Source: Candidatus Aminicenantes bacterium (GTDB lineage: Bacteria > Acidobacteriota > Aminicenantia > Aminicenantales > UBA4085). From it: a stretch of 38,922 nucleotides of DNA. The stretch spans positions 1 to 38,922 of the forward strand of contig JAPKZH010000643.1 in NCBI GenBank assembly GCA_026393905.1, in the 5' to 3' direction. This document shows positions 9,887-17,479 of this stretch, in pieces. Position numbers and translations under genes: made by a program. How positions within the stretch are numbered: the first letter of the stretch is position 1; every line of letters begins with the position of its first letter. The notes below the pieces were generated by a model. That model was not told where the DNA came from. It did not search any database and saw only the letters and a list, made by a program, of their open reading frames with translations.

Positions 9887-10931
9887 AGAGAAGCTTGCTT
9901 TCATCCTCCTGCTGGCTGTCTCCGTCCAGGCCCTGCCGGCTCAATGGAAGGACGACGTAGCCGGCATTTTTCGGGGGACGCGGGATCTTAAAAGCATCGT
10001 GGAATTGGTCCTGCCCCAGCTCGACAAAATGGACGCCGCCGATAAGGCCGACGCCTCGGGGCTGCTGGCGTTCTGTTTTAACAAGCTGAATGACAAGACG
10101 AACGAGATCAAATGGATCGCCGAGTATTTCGAGACCTACCGGGCCGGGGACTCGGGATACGCCTTTATCGACCTGGTGGGCCAGGCCGAGGTGATCGCCT
10201 TCCTTTCCAGCTGGAAAAGCCGCTATCCGTTCGTTCCGGAAATAGCCCTCATCGCCGGCGTCGGAGGCAACCCGATCATTATTCAAGGCATTCTGCCCCT
10301 CGGGTTCGACCTGACCGCCGATGCCTATTATAAATTTTCCGAGGGATCGACCGTCCTCAAGGCCGGCCTTTTCAAATCCGGCGCGAATATCCTCAGCCTG
10401 GATGCCAATGATCTTTTCTTAAAGCCGGGGAGGCACACGTATTTTCTGGAGCTCAAGGCGGGCGAGCTCGTCCTCAAGAAGGAACTCGACTTAGACATCG
10501 AGGTGTCTTCTCCCTGGAACGAGCCGAAAGCCCCGAGCCTGAAAAGGAAGCCCCTCTATTACAGGCTATCCATGTATGTCGGAGGGGAGCTGGTGATGGC
10601 CAGCCAGAAGATGGAGAATGCCGTGCCCCTCAAGCTGGACGTCAAGCCGAACCAGAATCCGTTCGGCTACAAACCGGACTATTATGTCACGCGCAATAAT
10701 CCCGGAAGGACAGATTACTTCTCGATCTCCACCGCCATCGAGCTGCTCTACCAGCTTTTCAAGGCCCTCCTGAAAAAGAAGGATGCGAAAGCCGAGCCGC
10801 CGAAAATCCAGCTGGTTCAAGAAATGACGATCTCCAACAAGCAAAAGGATGTGGACGGCAATGACCGGGAGACCAAGGTCTCGATCAAGCTGAAGACGAA
10901 AAACCTTCCTTACGTGTTGAGCGTCCCGTAA
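9876..10931 (+). CDS. Secreted hypothetical protein
   Basis: ATG 9876 overlaps the end of the TonB gene; signal peptide MAIKEKLAFILLLAVSVQALPA-QW; 351 aa, no recognised family. Confidence 0.75.
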   Translation: MAIKEKLAFILLLAVSVQALPAQWKDDVAGIFRGTRDLKSIVELVLPQLDKMDAADKADASGLLAFCFNKLNDKTNEIKWIAEYFETYRAGDSGYAFIDLVGQAEVIAFLSSWKSRYPFVPEIALIAGVGGNPIIIQGILPLGFDLTADAYYKFSEGSTVLKAGLFKSGANILSLDANDLFLKPGRHTYFLELKAGELVLKKELDLDIEVSSPWNEPKAPSLKRKPLYYRLSMYVGGELVMASQKMENAVPLKLDVKPNQNPFGYKPDYYVTRNNPGRTDYFSISTAIELLYQLFKALLKKKDAKAEPPKIQLVQEMTISNKQKDVDGNDRETKVSIKLKTKNLPYVLSVP

Positions 10932-12036
10932 GGGAATGGAGAACATCTTCCACCCGGGCCAGGGCGGTGCGCAAGGCCTGCTCTTCGACGCCGAAGCCGA
11001 TTCGAAGAAAACGGTCCATTTCAAAGAGGTCGCCCGGGGCCAGGAAAACGCTTTTTTCGCGGATGATTTTTAAGGCCAGCTCCGTGGAATTTACGGGCAG
11101 GCTATAGCGGACAAACGTGATCGCGCCGGCCTTGGGAGGGATAAAGGCAAACGTGCCGTCCTGCTTTTTGAGCCAGGATTCCAGAATCGCATAATGATGA
11201 GTCAAGATCTCCCGGGTCCGCTTGAGGATGCGGTCGCGGACGCCGGGCGAAAGGGCGGTGCGTGCCAGGCGGTCGCTCAGGGCGCTCGGCGAGATGGTGG
11301 TGTAATCGTGGTAGGGTCCTATCTTTTGGATCGTGTCCATCGGCCCGACGATCCAGCCGATTCTCAACCCGGGCAAGCCGTACGCTTTGGAGAGGCCGTT
11401 GACGGAAATCACCTTGTCGTAGAGCCCCCAGAACGACGGCGTCCTTGGCCCGATCCTTTCTGCGTTCTGATAGACCTCATCCGCCAAGATCCAGGCGCCC
11501 GAGGCTTGAGCCAGGTCGATGATCGTCTTCATCTCATCTTGACTGAGGACCGCGCCGGTCGGATTGTTGGGATTGGTCAGGATAATGAGCTTCGTTTTTC
11601 GGGTGACCTGTTTTTTGAGCTCGTCGAGGTCCGGGGCCCAATGGCGTTCCTCCCGGAGATGGAATGTCTTGACCTTGGCCCCGAATCCGCGCAGCAGCCC
11701 CCACATCTGCATGTAGTTGGGAAGCTCGAAGATGACTTCGTCGCCGGGTTCGATGAGCGCCCACATCAAGAGATAGTTGGCCTCGGTGGAACCAGTCGTC
11801 ACTTGAATCTGTCCCGGGTTTAGGCCCGGGTATGAGGCGGCGATCTGTTCCCGGAGTTCGGGCGTTCCGTTCGTCTGGCTGTAGCCCAAGCCCAGCCTGA
11901 GAATTTCCTGGAGCTCGTCGGCGGGGACGAATTCCTCGAGGGAAAGGGCATGGACGCCGCTTTCGGCGAGGTTGTAATCGACCACGTTCTCCCACGTCGA
12001 CTGCATCCGTTCCAGTTTAAAGACTTCGATGTTCAT
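10885..12036 (-). CDS. Class I/II PLP-dependent aminotransferase
   Basis: NPNNPTG, ADEVY and GLSKAYGLPGLRIGW motifs. Confidence 0.92.
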   Translation of the reverse strand: MNIEVFKLERMQSTWENVVDYNLAESGVHALSLEEFVPADELQEILRLGLGYSQTNGTPELREQIAASYPGLNPGQIQVTTGSTEANYLLMWALIEPGDEVIFELPNYMQMWGLLRGFGAKVKTFHLREERHWAPDLDELKKQVTRKTKLIILTNPNNPTGAVLSQDEMKTIIDLAQASGAWILADEVYQNAERIGPRTPSFWGLYDKVISVNGLSKAYGLPGLRIGWIVGPMDTIQKIGPYHDYTTISPSALSDRLARTALSPGVRDRILKRTREILTHHYAILESWLKKQDGTFAFIPPKAGAITFVRYSLPVNSTELALKIIREKSVFLAPGDLFEMDRFLRIGFGVEEQALRTALARVEDVLHSLTGRSTRKEGFSSSA

Positions 12037-12081
12037 GGCTGAACCTCATAGGATGTTATTCATGAAGGAGATCCTAAATTT

Positions 12082-12909
12082 CTATATTTCCACCTTAAAA
12101 AAGCCCTTCAGGCCGAAGCCGAAGATGATGGACAGGGCGAAGAAGACGATGAGCCAGTGAATATGCCAGCCGAAAAGATTCATGCCTGGGGCGGGATAGA
12201 CCACCTCGACCGATTGGATCCCCAGCTTTTTAAGGAGCGGCCTTTCGCCGGGATTGAACAGCTGGTCAAAAAAGCTCGAACTGGCTTTAACGGCGGAAAT
12301 CTTGGAAAGTCGGTGTTGCTCCACCGCGACTTGTTTGGGAAAGGACTGATTCTCCCATCGGAAGGTAATGGTGTGGACGCCCTTGTCGAGGGCCCGCAGA
12401 CGCCAATCGATTTCCCGGAGTTCTTCGATTCTCAGGGCGGGAGTTTCGACCGAGATGCCGGCGGGCGGTTCGATCGCAATTTCTATCTGGAAAGGATTTT
12501 TGCCTTCTTCGAGCTTGATTTTCAGGACGGCCTCTTGCCCGACATCCAAAGACCGGTACCCGAACCAGAGGTTGAGTTGGATGAGGATGAGAAGGACCGG
12601 AACGATCATGACCAGCATCGGCTTGGCGGAATAGCTGAGGTATTTCAGGTTGGCGAGTAGGATGTGGCCGTAAGCCTTCAAAGACACTCGCATGTTGTCC
12701 TTATAAAGGCGAAGCTCCAGCAGGTGGGCTTTAATCTTGTTTTTGGCCTTTCGGATGCCTTCCTGGTTGGAGGTGTGGCGGAAAATAAAGAGCATCAACA
12801 GGCCTGTCAGGAGAGAGATGAGGATCATCCCGAACCACGGGCTTGCCTGGCGGAACGGCAGAAAAATGATTTCAAAGATCCTGCCGAAGGCCGCGTTAAA
12901 TGTCCACAT
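12082..12909 (-). CDS. Membrane protein resembling the DUF106/EMC3/TMCO1 (Oxa1 superfamily) family, with an inserted beta-rich domain
   Basis: TM1 (PWFGMILISLLTGLLMLFIF), coiled coil (TSNQEGIRKAKNKIK...), TM2 (SAKPMLVMIVPVLLI), ~125-aa soluble insert, TM3 (HWLIVFFALSIIFGFGLK). Start set to ATG 12909 behind GAAGGG. The CDS is secure; the family call is by eye. Confidence 0.65.
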   Translation of the reverse strand: MWTFNAAFGRIFEIIFLPFRQASPWFGMILISLLTGLLMLFIFRHTSNQEGIRKAKNKIKAHLLELRLYKDNMRVSLKAYGHILLANLKYLSYSAKPMLVMIVPVLLILIQLNLWFGYRSLDVGQEAVLKIKLEEGKNPFQIEIAIEPPAGISVETPALRIEELREIDWRLRALDKGVHTITFRWENQSFPKQVAVEQHRLSKISAVKASSSFFDQLFNPGERPLLKKLGIQSVEVVYPAPGMNLFGWHIHWLIVFFALSIIFGFGLKGFFKVEI

Positions 12910-12939
12910 CGTTCCCTTCACTCAAAATGTAAAATGGCA

Positions 12940-13131
12940 TCAGGAGATATATCCCAGCCCCTTTAGTTTTTTCTTGATCTCTTCCTCGGAATCGGACTCT
13001 TCGATCTTGGCGATCTCTTTTTCCAGGCAGTGGGTGATGAACTCCTCTACCGAGGAATATCCGGACATCTCGGCGTATTTCCGAACCTTGTCCATCAGGC
13101 TTTTATCCAGCTTGATCTTCTCTTTGCCCAT
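12940..13131 (-). CDS. Small ribbon-helix-helix (CopG-like) protein with C-terminal EEEIKKKLKGLGYIS motif
   Basis: 63 aa from ATG 13131 (SD GAGGAG); KIKLDKSLMDKVRKYAEMSGYSSVEEFITHCLEKEI fits a beta-alpha-alpha RHH pattern. Confidence 0.8.
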   Translation of the reverse strand: MGKEKIKLDKSLMDKVRKYAEMSGYSSVEEFITHCLEKEIAKIEESDSEEEIKKKLKGLGYIS

Positions 13132-13143
13132 ACGTCCTCTCCT

Positions 13144-13175
13144 CGTCATGGCGAGGCGCTTCGCTCGCGATGACA
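13144..13175. repeat. GTCAT-type palindromic repeat, copy A (head-to-head hairpin)
   Basis: CGTCATGGCGAGGCGCTTCGCTCGCGATGACA; the arms GTCATGGCGAG/CTCGCGATGAC pair with one mismatch. Confidence 0.65.
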
Positions 13176-13179
13176 TCTA

Positions 13180-15168
13180 TCAAAATATCGTTTTCCCGAT
13201 TAAATCCCTGGGCTTTTCGACGCCGAAGACGTCGAGGATCGTCGCCGTGAGATCATAGAGGGCGGGGGCTTCAGCCAGGATCGGGCGATTGGCGACCAGG
13301 ATCCCGGTGAGGATCTCCGCCGCGCCCATGTGGTCGCCGCTCCATTTTCCCTTGTTGTCCTCGAGCACGTTCTTTTCCATTTTTCCGAGCGGCGAGCCGA
13401 AGGAAATGCGATAGCCGCGGTTGAATCCCAGGACGATATCGGGCGCCTCTCCGACAAATGGACCGGAATAGACATCCTTGGCGACATAGGCCTTCAATAA
13501 AACCCTCTGACCCGTCTTGGGATCGACGAATTCTTCCAGCTTTTTTGCGATTTCCCGGACCAGGTTCTCTTTTTCGGCGCCGTCTCCGACGATGCCTTCG
13601 GCCTCCCGGCCCCTCTGATTGATATACAAGCCGTTCAGGCCTACTCCGAAGGCTTTCGTCCTCGACCAGTCCGTGTCGGGAAAAAGATTTCCGGTTTCCA
13701 GTTTGAAGGGATTGGTCAGGACATGATAGCCGTTTTCCTTGAGCCAAGTGTTCAAGCTGAAACTGCGGCTGAAAGGATTGAATCCGTGGTCGGACATGAC
13801 GATGACAATCGTATCTTTGTCGATTTTATCCATGGCCCTGCCCAGGATCGAATCCGCTTCCCTGTAGATGTTTTCGATGACCTTCCCGTATTTGGCGGCC
13901 AGCCCCGCATCATAAGCGGGATGCTTCTCATCGAGCAGCCGCCAGAACATGTGCTGGCGCTGGTCTGTGCTCGAGATGTAATAAAAGAGAAGCCCGGAAT
14001 CAAACCGCCCCAGTTCGTCGTCCAGCATAACCTTGCTTTCTTGAAGGACGAAATCATCCTGTTCTAGGAATTCGCCTTCATCCAGGATGTCATTATCGAG
14101 GGCGCTGGTATCGGCAGGAAGCCCTTTGGTGAAAAACGGGCCGAATCTTTTTTCGAGCTCCGCGGCATAGGCTGACGGGGTGGAAAGGGGAAGGGCAGGA
14201 TCGGCCGGGTCGATGTTGATTGAGGAGACATAGAGCTTGAAGTTGGGCCGGACTTCCTTGAGGTAGAACATGCAGATGCCGCTCACGCTTTGGGTTGGAA
14301 TCAGGGAAAAGCGGACCCTCTTCCAGCCGCTCCATTCTTTTTCTTTTAGGATGAATTCCTGGTCCTGGATGGCGACCTTGGCCACCGGGTTTTGCGGGTC
14401 GAGGAAGACCTTGAACTCGATCTCGGCTTCCGGCCGGTCTTTTTTAAAGGTGTTGGCAGGACCCGGGAGCTTGGAATCCACCCGGTTCCCGATGACATAA
14501 ACCGGATGGACGGATCCTCCGCCGATATCCTCTTTGATCTCTTTAGGCTCAGTTGTGTAATACCTGAAAGAGTTGTAATTGCCCAGGAGATCCGGCGTCC
14601 CCAGTCCGGAAAATGTTTTTTGCTTGGAGGGAACAGGAGGATAGTTGGCGGGCATTTTAAAAATCGCCGCCGGGATGTCGTGCTCCTCCAGGATCTGCCA
14701 GAAAGCTTTGCCCTGGCGGAGGTTCCGGACCTCTCCGCCTTTTATGGGAAGGACCCAGTTTCCGACGCGGATCGTCTTTTTCGCTTCTTCGGTTAAGGCT
14801 GCGGAAAAAACAGGCCAATAGTTTTTGGGATCGCGGTGGATAAAATCGAAAATGCCGTGGCCGCCCGGGTTCGTGCCGGCGATGAAATTGGACCAGGCGA
14901 CGGGGCTCTGGGGCGGGATGCTCGTGCCGAGCCTGCGGAATCCTCCTTGTCCGATGAGACGTTTAAAGGCGGGCAGCTTGCCTTCGCTCATCCAGACATT
15001 CGTGAGATGCGGGTCCATCCCGTCAAACCCGAGTATCAGGACTTTCTTGTTTGTGGCCGTTTTGCCAAAGGTTCGAGTCACAAGATTCGAGCGCGATTCC
15101 AAGGCCAGCAGGGAGGCGGCCCCTAGGCTATATTTCAAAAAATCCCGGCGATGGATCGGCTCGCTCAT
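13180..15168 (-). CDS. Alkaline phosphatase superfamily (type I phosphodiesterase/NPP, COG3379-like) protein with Tat signal
   Basis: HRRDFLK twin-arginine motif; GFDGMD, PPQSPVAW (Ser nucleophile), TDQRQH, MSDHG and WSGDH. Confidence 0.9.
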   Translation of the reverse strand: MSEPIHRRDFLKYSLGAASLLALESRSNLVTRTFGKTATNKKVLILGFDGMDPHLTNVWMSEGKLPAFKRLIGQGGFRRLGTSIPPQSPVAWSNFIAGTNPGGHGIFDFIHRDPKNYWPVFSAALTEEAKKTIRVGNWVLPIKGGEVRNLRQGKAFWQILEEHDIPAAIFKMPANYPPVPSKQKTFSGLGTPDLLGNYNSFRYYTTEPKEIKEDIGGGSVHPVYVIGNRVDSKLPGPANTFKKDRPEAEIEFKVFLDPQNPVAKVAIQDQEFILKEKEWSGWKRVRFSLIPTQSVSGICMFYLKEVRPNFKLYVSSINIDPADPALPLSTPSAYAAELEKRFGPFFTKGLPADTSALDNDILDEGEFLEQDDFVLQESKVMLDDELGRFDSGLLFYYISSTDQRQHMFWRLLDEKHPAYDAGLAAKYGKVIENIYREADSILGRAMDKIDKDTIVIVMSDHGFNPFSRSFSLNTWLKENGYHVLTNPFKLETGNLFPDTDWSRTKAFGVGLNGLYINQRGREAEGIVGDGAEKENLVREIAKKLEEFVDPKTGQRVLLKAYVAKDVYSGPFVGEAPDIVLGFNRGYRISFGSPLGKMEKNVLEDNKGKWSGDHMGAAEILTGILVANRPILAEAPALYDLTATILDVFGVEKPRDLIGKTIF

Positions 15169-17300
15169 GATTTCTTCTCCTTGGCCGCGGGCGCGATTCC
15201 CGGCTTGGTCAGCAAAGACCGGCCGTCCATGTGGGCCGGCGGCTCCAGCCCGAAGAGCTCGAGCACCGTCGGCGCGATGTCCATGATCGAAGGATTTTTG
15301 GCATCGATTTTCCGGCTGCAGAAAAGTACGCCCGGTACCCAGGCCGGGTCGATGCAGTGGTCGCCGCTCCAGGCCTTGGTGTTGTCCTCGAAGACGGCGG
15401 GCGTGATTTTTCCGGTCACGCCTTCCCAGGAAGCCCGGTAGCCGGCATTGTATCCGATGATCAAGTCCGGCGAGTTTTCTTTATAAGGTCCATGATAGAT
15501 TTCGTCCCGGTCATAGACCCGGCTGACGGCTACCACTCCCTTTTCCTCGTCCTTCAGTCCGGTGAGTTTTTTCAGGAGTTCGGCTTTCAGCGCTCTTGTC
15601 TCGTCGCCGGCTCCGACCAGGCCCTTGGCCTCGCGGCCCTTCTCGTTGACATAGAGCCCGCCCAAGCCCAGGGCGTAGGCCTTCGTCCTTTCCCAGTCCA
15701 CATCCCTGAACCACTCCTCGCTTTCGGCCTTGCCGTTTTTCAAGAACAGATAGCCGGTTTTATGGAGCCAGGAATTGAGGTTGACGCCGCGTTTGAACGA
15801 CTTGAAGCCGTGGTCGGACATGATAAAAAGCGCGCTCTTCTCACCCATTTTTTTCCAGAGGCGGCCGACCATCTCGTCCATGTTCCGGAAGAGCTCTTCG
15901 ATGACCTTATCGCTCATCAGGGCCCGGCCGCTTTTGAGCGCCGGGTGGTCCTTGTCCAGGTATCTCCAGAACATATGGGAAATGCTGTCGGTCGTCTCGA
16001 ACACGCAGATGACCAGGCCCTTCTTGGTCTTGGCCAGGGCATTGTCGACCATGGCTTCCCATTCGCGGTGGTTCGAGTAGGTCAGCTCAAGAAAAGCCTG
16101 CTCGCTCAGCGCACCTTCATTGAGCGCCCAGGTGTCGTTGGCTTCCCCGAGGGTGATAAAGCTCCCCAGGAGCTTCGACAGATAGACCGAATAGATGAAT
16201 GGATGGGAGATGGGCAGGGCGGGCTTTTCCGGATCGATATTGAGGGGCGTGAGATACATCTCGAAATACGGCCGAACCTGGGAGACATAAAAACGGCAGA
16301 TGGCCTTGATTTTCATGCCCAGGCCGGGGCGAAATGTCAGGCGAATCCAGGGCGAAAATGTTTCTTTTTTCAGCATGATTTTCTGCCCCGAGACTTCGAT
16401 CCGGGCTTGTTCTTTTTCGGGCTCGATCGAAATCCTCATCGGCAGCCGGATTTCTTCCGCTTTTTTGAGGAGCGAGTTGTCCGGCCCCGAGATGTATGTC
16501 TCGACCCTGTTCCCTTTCACCTCGACGGGAATGGCGATCCCGCCCTCGCGCTTTTTGATCTTATCCGGGTCCGAAGTGTAAAAGGAGAATGTTCCCTGGC
16601 TTCCTTTGAGGTCGGGCGCGCACATCCCGGACAGCAGATGCCCCTTGAATTTTTCAGGCGGAAATGTGATCGGCACCCTCAGGACGGTGCTGAAAATTCC
16701 ATGGTCGCCCAGGATCTTCCAAAACGGAACACTTTTCCGCAGGCCCCTGATTTCCGGCTTGGAAAGCGGGACGTTGTATTTTCCGAGAGAAAAGACTCTT
16801 TTGGGCTTTCCGATCCGGGCTGAGGAGAGGTCGGGAAGATAGGTCTTCGGGTCGCGGCTGAGAAAGTCGAAGATATTATGCTTGGACGGTTCGGAGCCGG
16901 TCATGAACGAAGACCAGGCGACGGGAGAGATAGCCGGGGTCGTCGTTTGGAGACGGGCATAGGCCCCTTCCTGTTTGAGCTTCGAAAGATGGGGCAATTT
17001 GCCATCGGCCATGTATTTTTCGGCGAGCTCCGGGGAGAGCCCGTCGAGCCCGATGATGACCACCTGCTCGACCTGGCTTTTCTTGTACGCTTTTTTCCCT
17101 CTGATCAGGCGAAAAAAGAAGCGGAAAGGCCAGGCCACGAAGGAAAAAATGGCCAGAAAAAAAGTCAGGAAGAGGACGAGAAATGAGGAAAGAAAAGCGA
17201 ATCCGGCTCCCGGGCCGATATAGGCAGCGAGAGGAAGGCCTGATAAGAAGAATAAAAGAATAACCGCTCCGATTTTTGCCAGGCGATTTTTCTTGTCCAT
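15165..17300 (-). CDS. Membrane-anchored alkaline phosphatase superfamily (NPP-like) protein
   Basis: From ATG 17300: signal peptide, AYIGPGAG, TM helix, basic stretch, then GLDGLS, PAISPVAW, TDSISH, MSDHG and WSGDH. The stop overlaps the next ATG (ATGA at 15165-15168). The start is uncertain because the frame is open back to 17480. Confidence 0.88.
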   Translation of the reverse strand: MDKKNRLAKIGAVILLFFLSGLPLAAYIGPGAGFAFLSSFLVLFLTFFLAIFSFVAWPFRFFFRLIRGKKAYKKSQVEQVVIIGLDGLSPELAEKYMADGKLPHLSKLKQEGAYARLQTTTPAISPVAWSSFMTGSEPSKHNIFDFLSRDPKTYLPDLSSARIGKPKRVFSLGKYNVPLSKPEIRGLRKSVPFWKILGDHGIFSTVLRVPITFPPEKFKGHLLSGMCAPDLKGSQGTFSFYTSDPDKIKKREGGIAIPVEVKGNRVETYISGPDNSLLKKAEEIRLPMRISIEPEKEQARIEVSGQKIMLKKETFSPWIRLTFRPGLGMKIKAICRFYVSQVRPYFEMYLTPLNIDPEKPALPISHPFIYSVYLSKLLGSFITLGEANDTWALNEGALSEQAFLELTYSNHREWEAMVDNALAKTKKGLVICVFETTDSISHMFWRYLDKDHPALKSGRALMSDKVIEELFRNMDEMVGRLWKKMGEKSALFIMSDHGFKSFKRGVNLNSWLHKTGYLFLKNGKAESEEWFRDVDWERTKAYALGLGGLYVNEKGREAKGLVGAGDETRALKAELLKKLTGLKDEEKGVVAVSRVYDRDEIYHGPYKENSPDLIIGYNAGYRASWEGVTGKITPAVFEDNTKAWSGDHCIDPAWVPGVLFCSRKIDAKNPSIMDIAPTVLELFGLEPPAHMDGRSLLTKPGIAPAAKEKKS

Positions 17301-17388
17301 GCGAACCGCGGAATGGAGGCCGGCAGATCTGATCTTTTGGATCATTTCGGACCAAGCGCAGAGTCTCCTCTTGCCGCGCGGAAGGCAC

Positions 17389-17422
17389 GAGATTGCCACG
17401 GCCCAAGGGGCCTCGCAACGAC
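17389..17422 (-). repeat. GTCAT-type palindromic repeat, copy B
   Basis: Reverse complement reads GTCGTTGCGAGGCCCCTTGGGCCGTGGCAATCTC, matching copies C-E. A degenerate opposite-facing partner may lie at 17341-17367. Confidence 0.7.
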
Positions 17423-17479
17423 TGCGTCGGATGGCCATAGCCCAAAGCGCCTGGGAACGACGTCTTGTCTGATCTGTCA

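Noticed and set aside
10885-10931. 47-bp convergent overlap between the hypothetical gene and the aminotransferase
   Set aside because: Probably a stop-codon shift that extends a non-conserved C-terminal tail; common and uninformative.
15231-16823. 530-aa plus-strand ORF, and similar long antisense ORFs (3993-5087, 24407-25564, 29469-30656, 21411-22238)
   Set aside because: These are shadows of well-supported genes on the opposite strand; they have no motifs and are expected from GC-rich codon bias.
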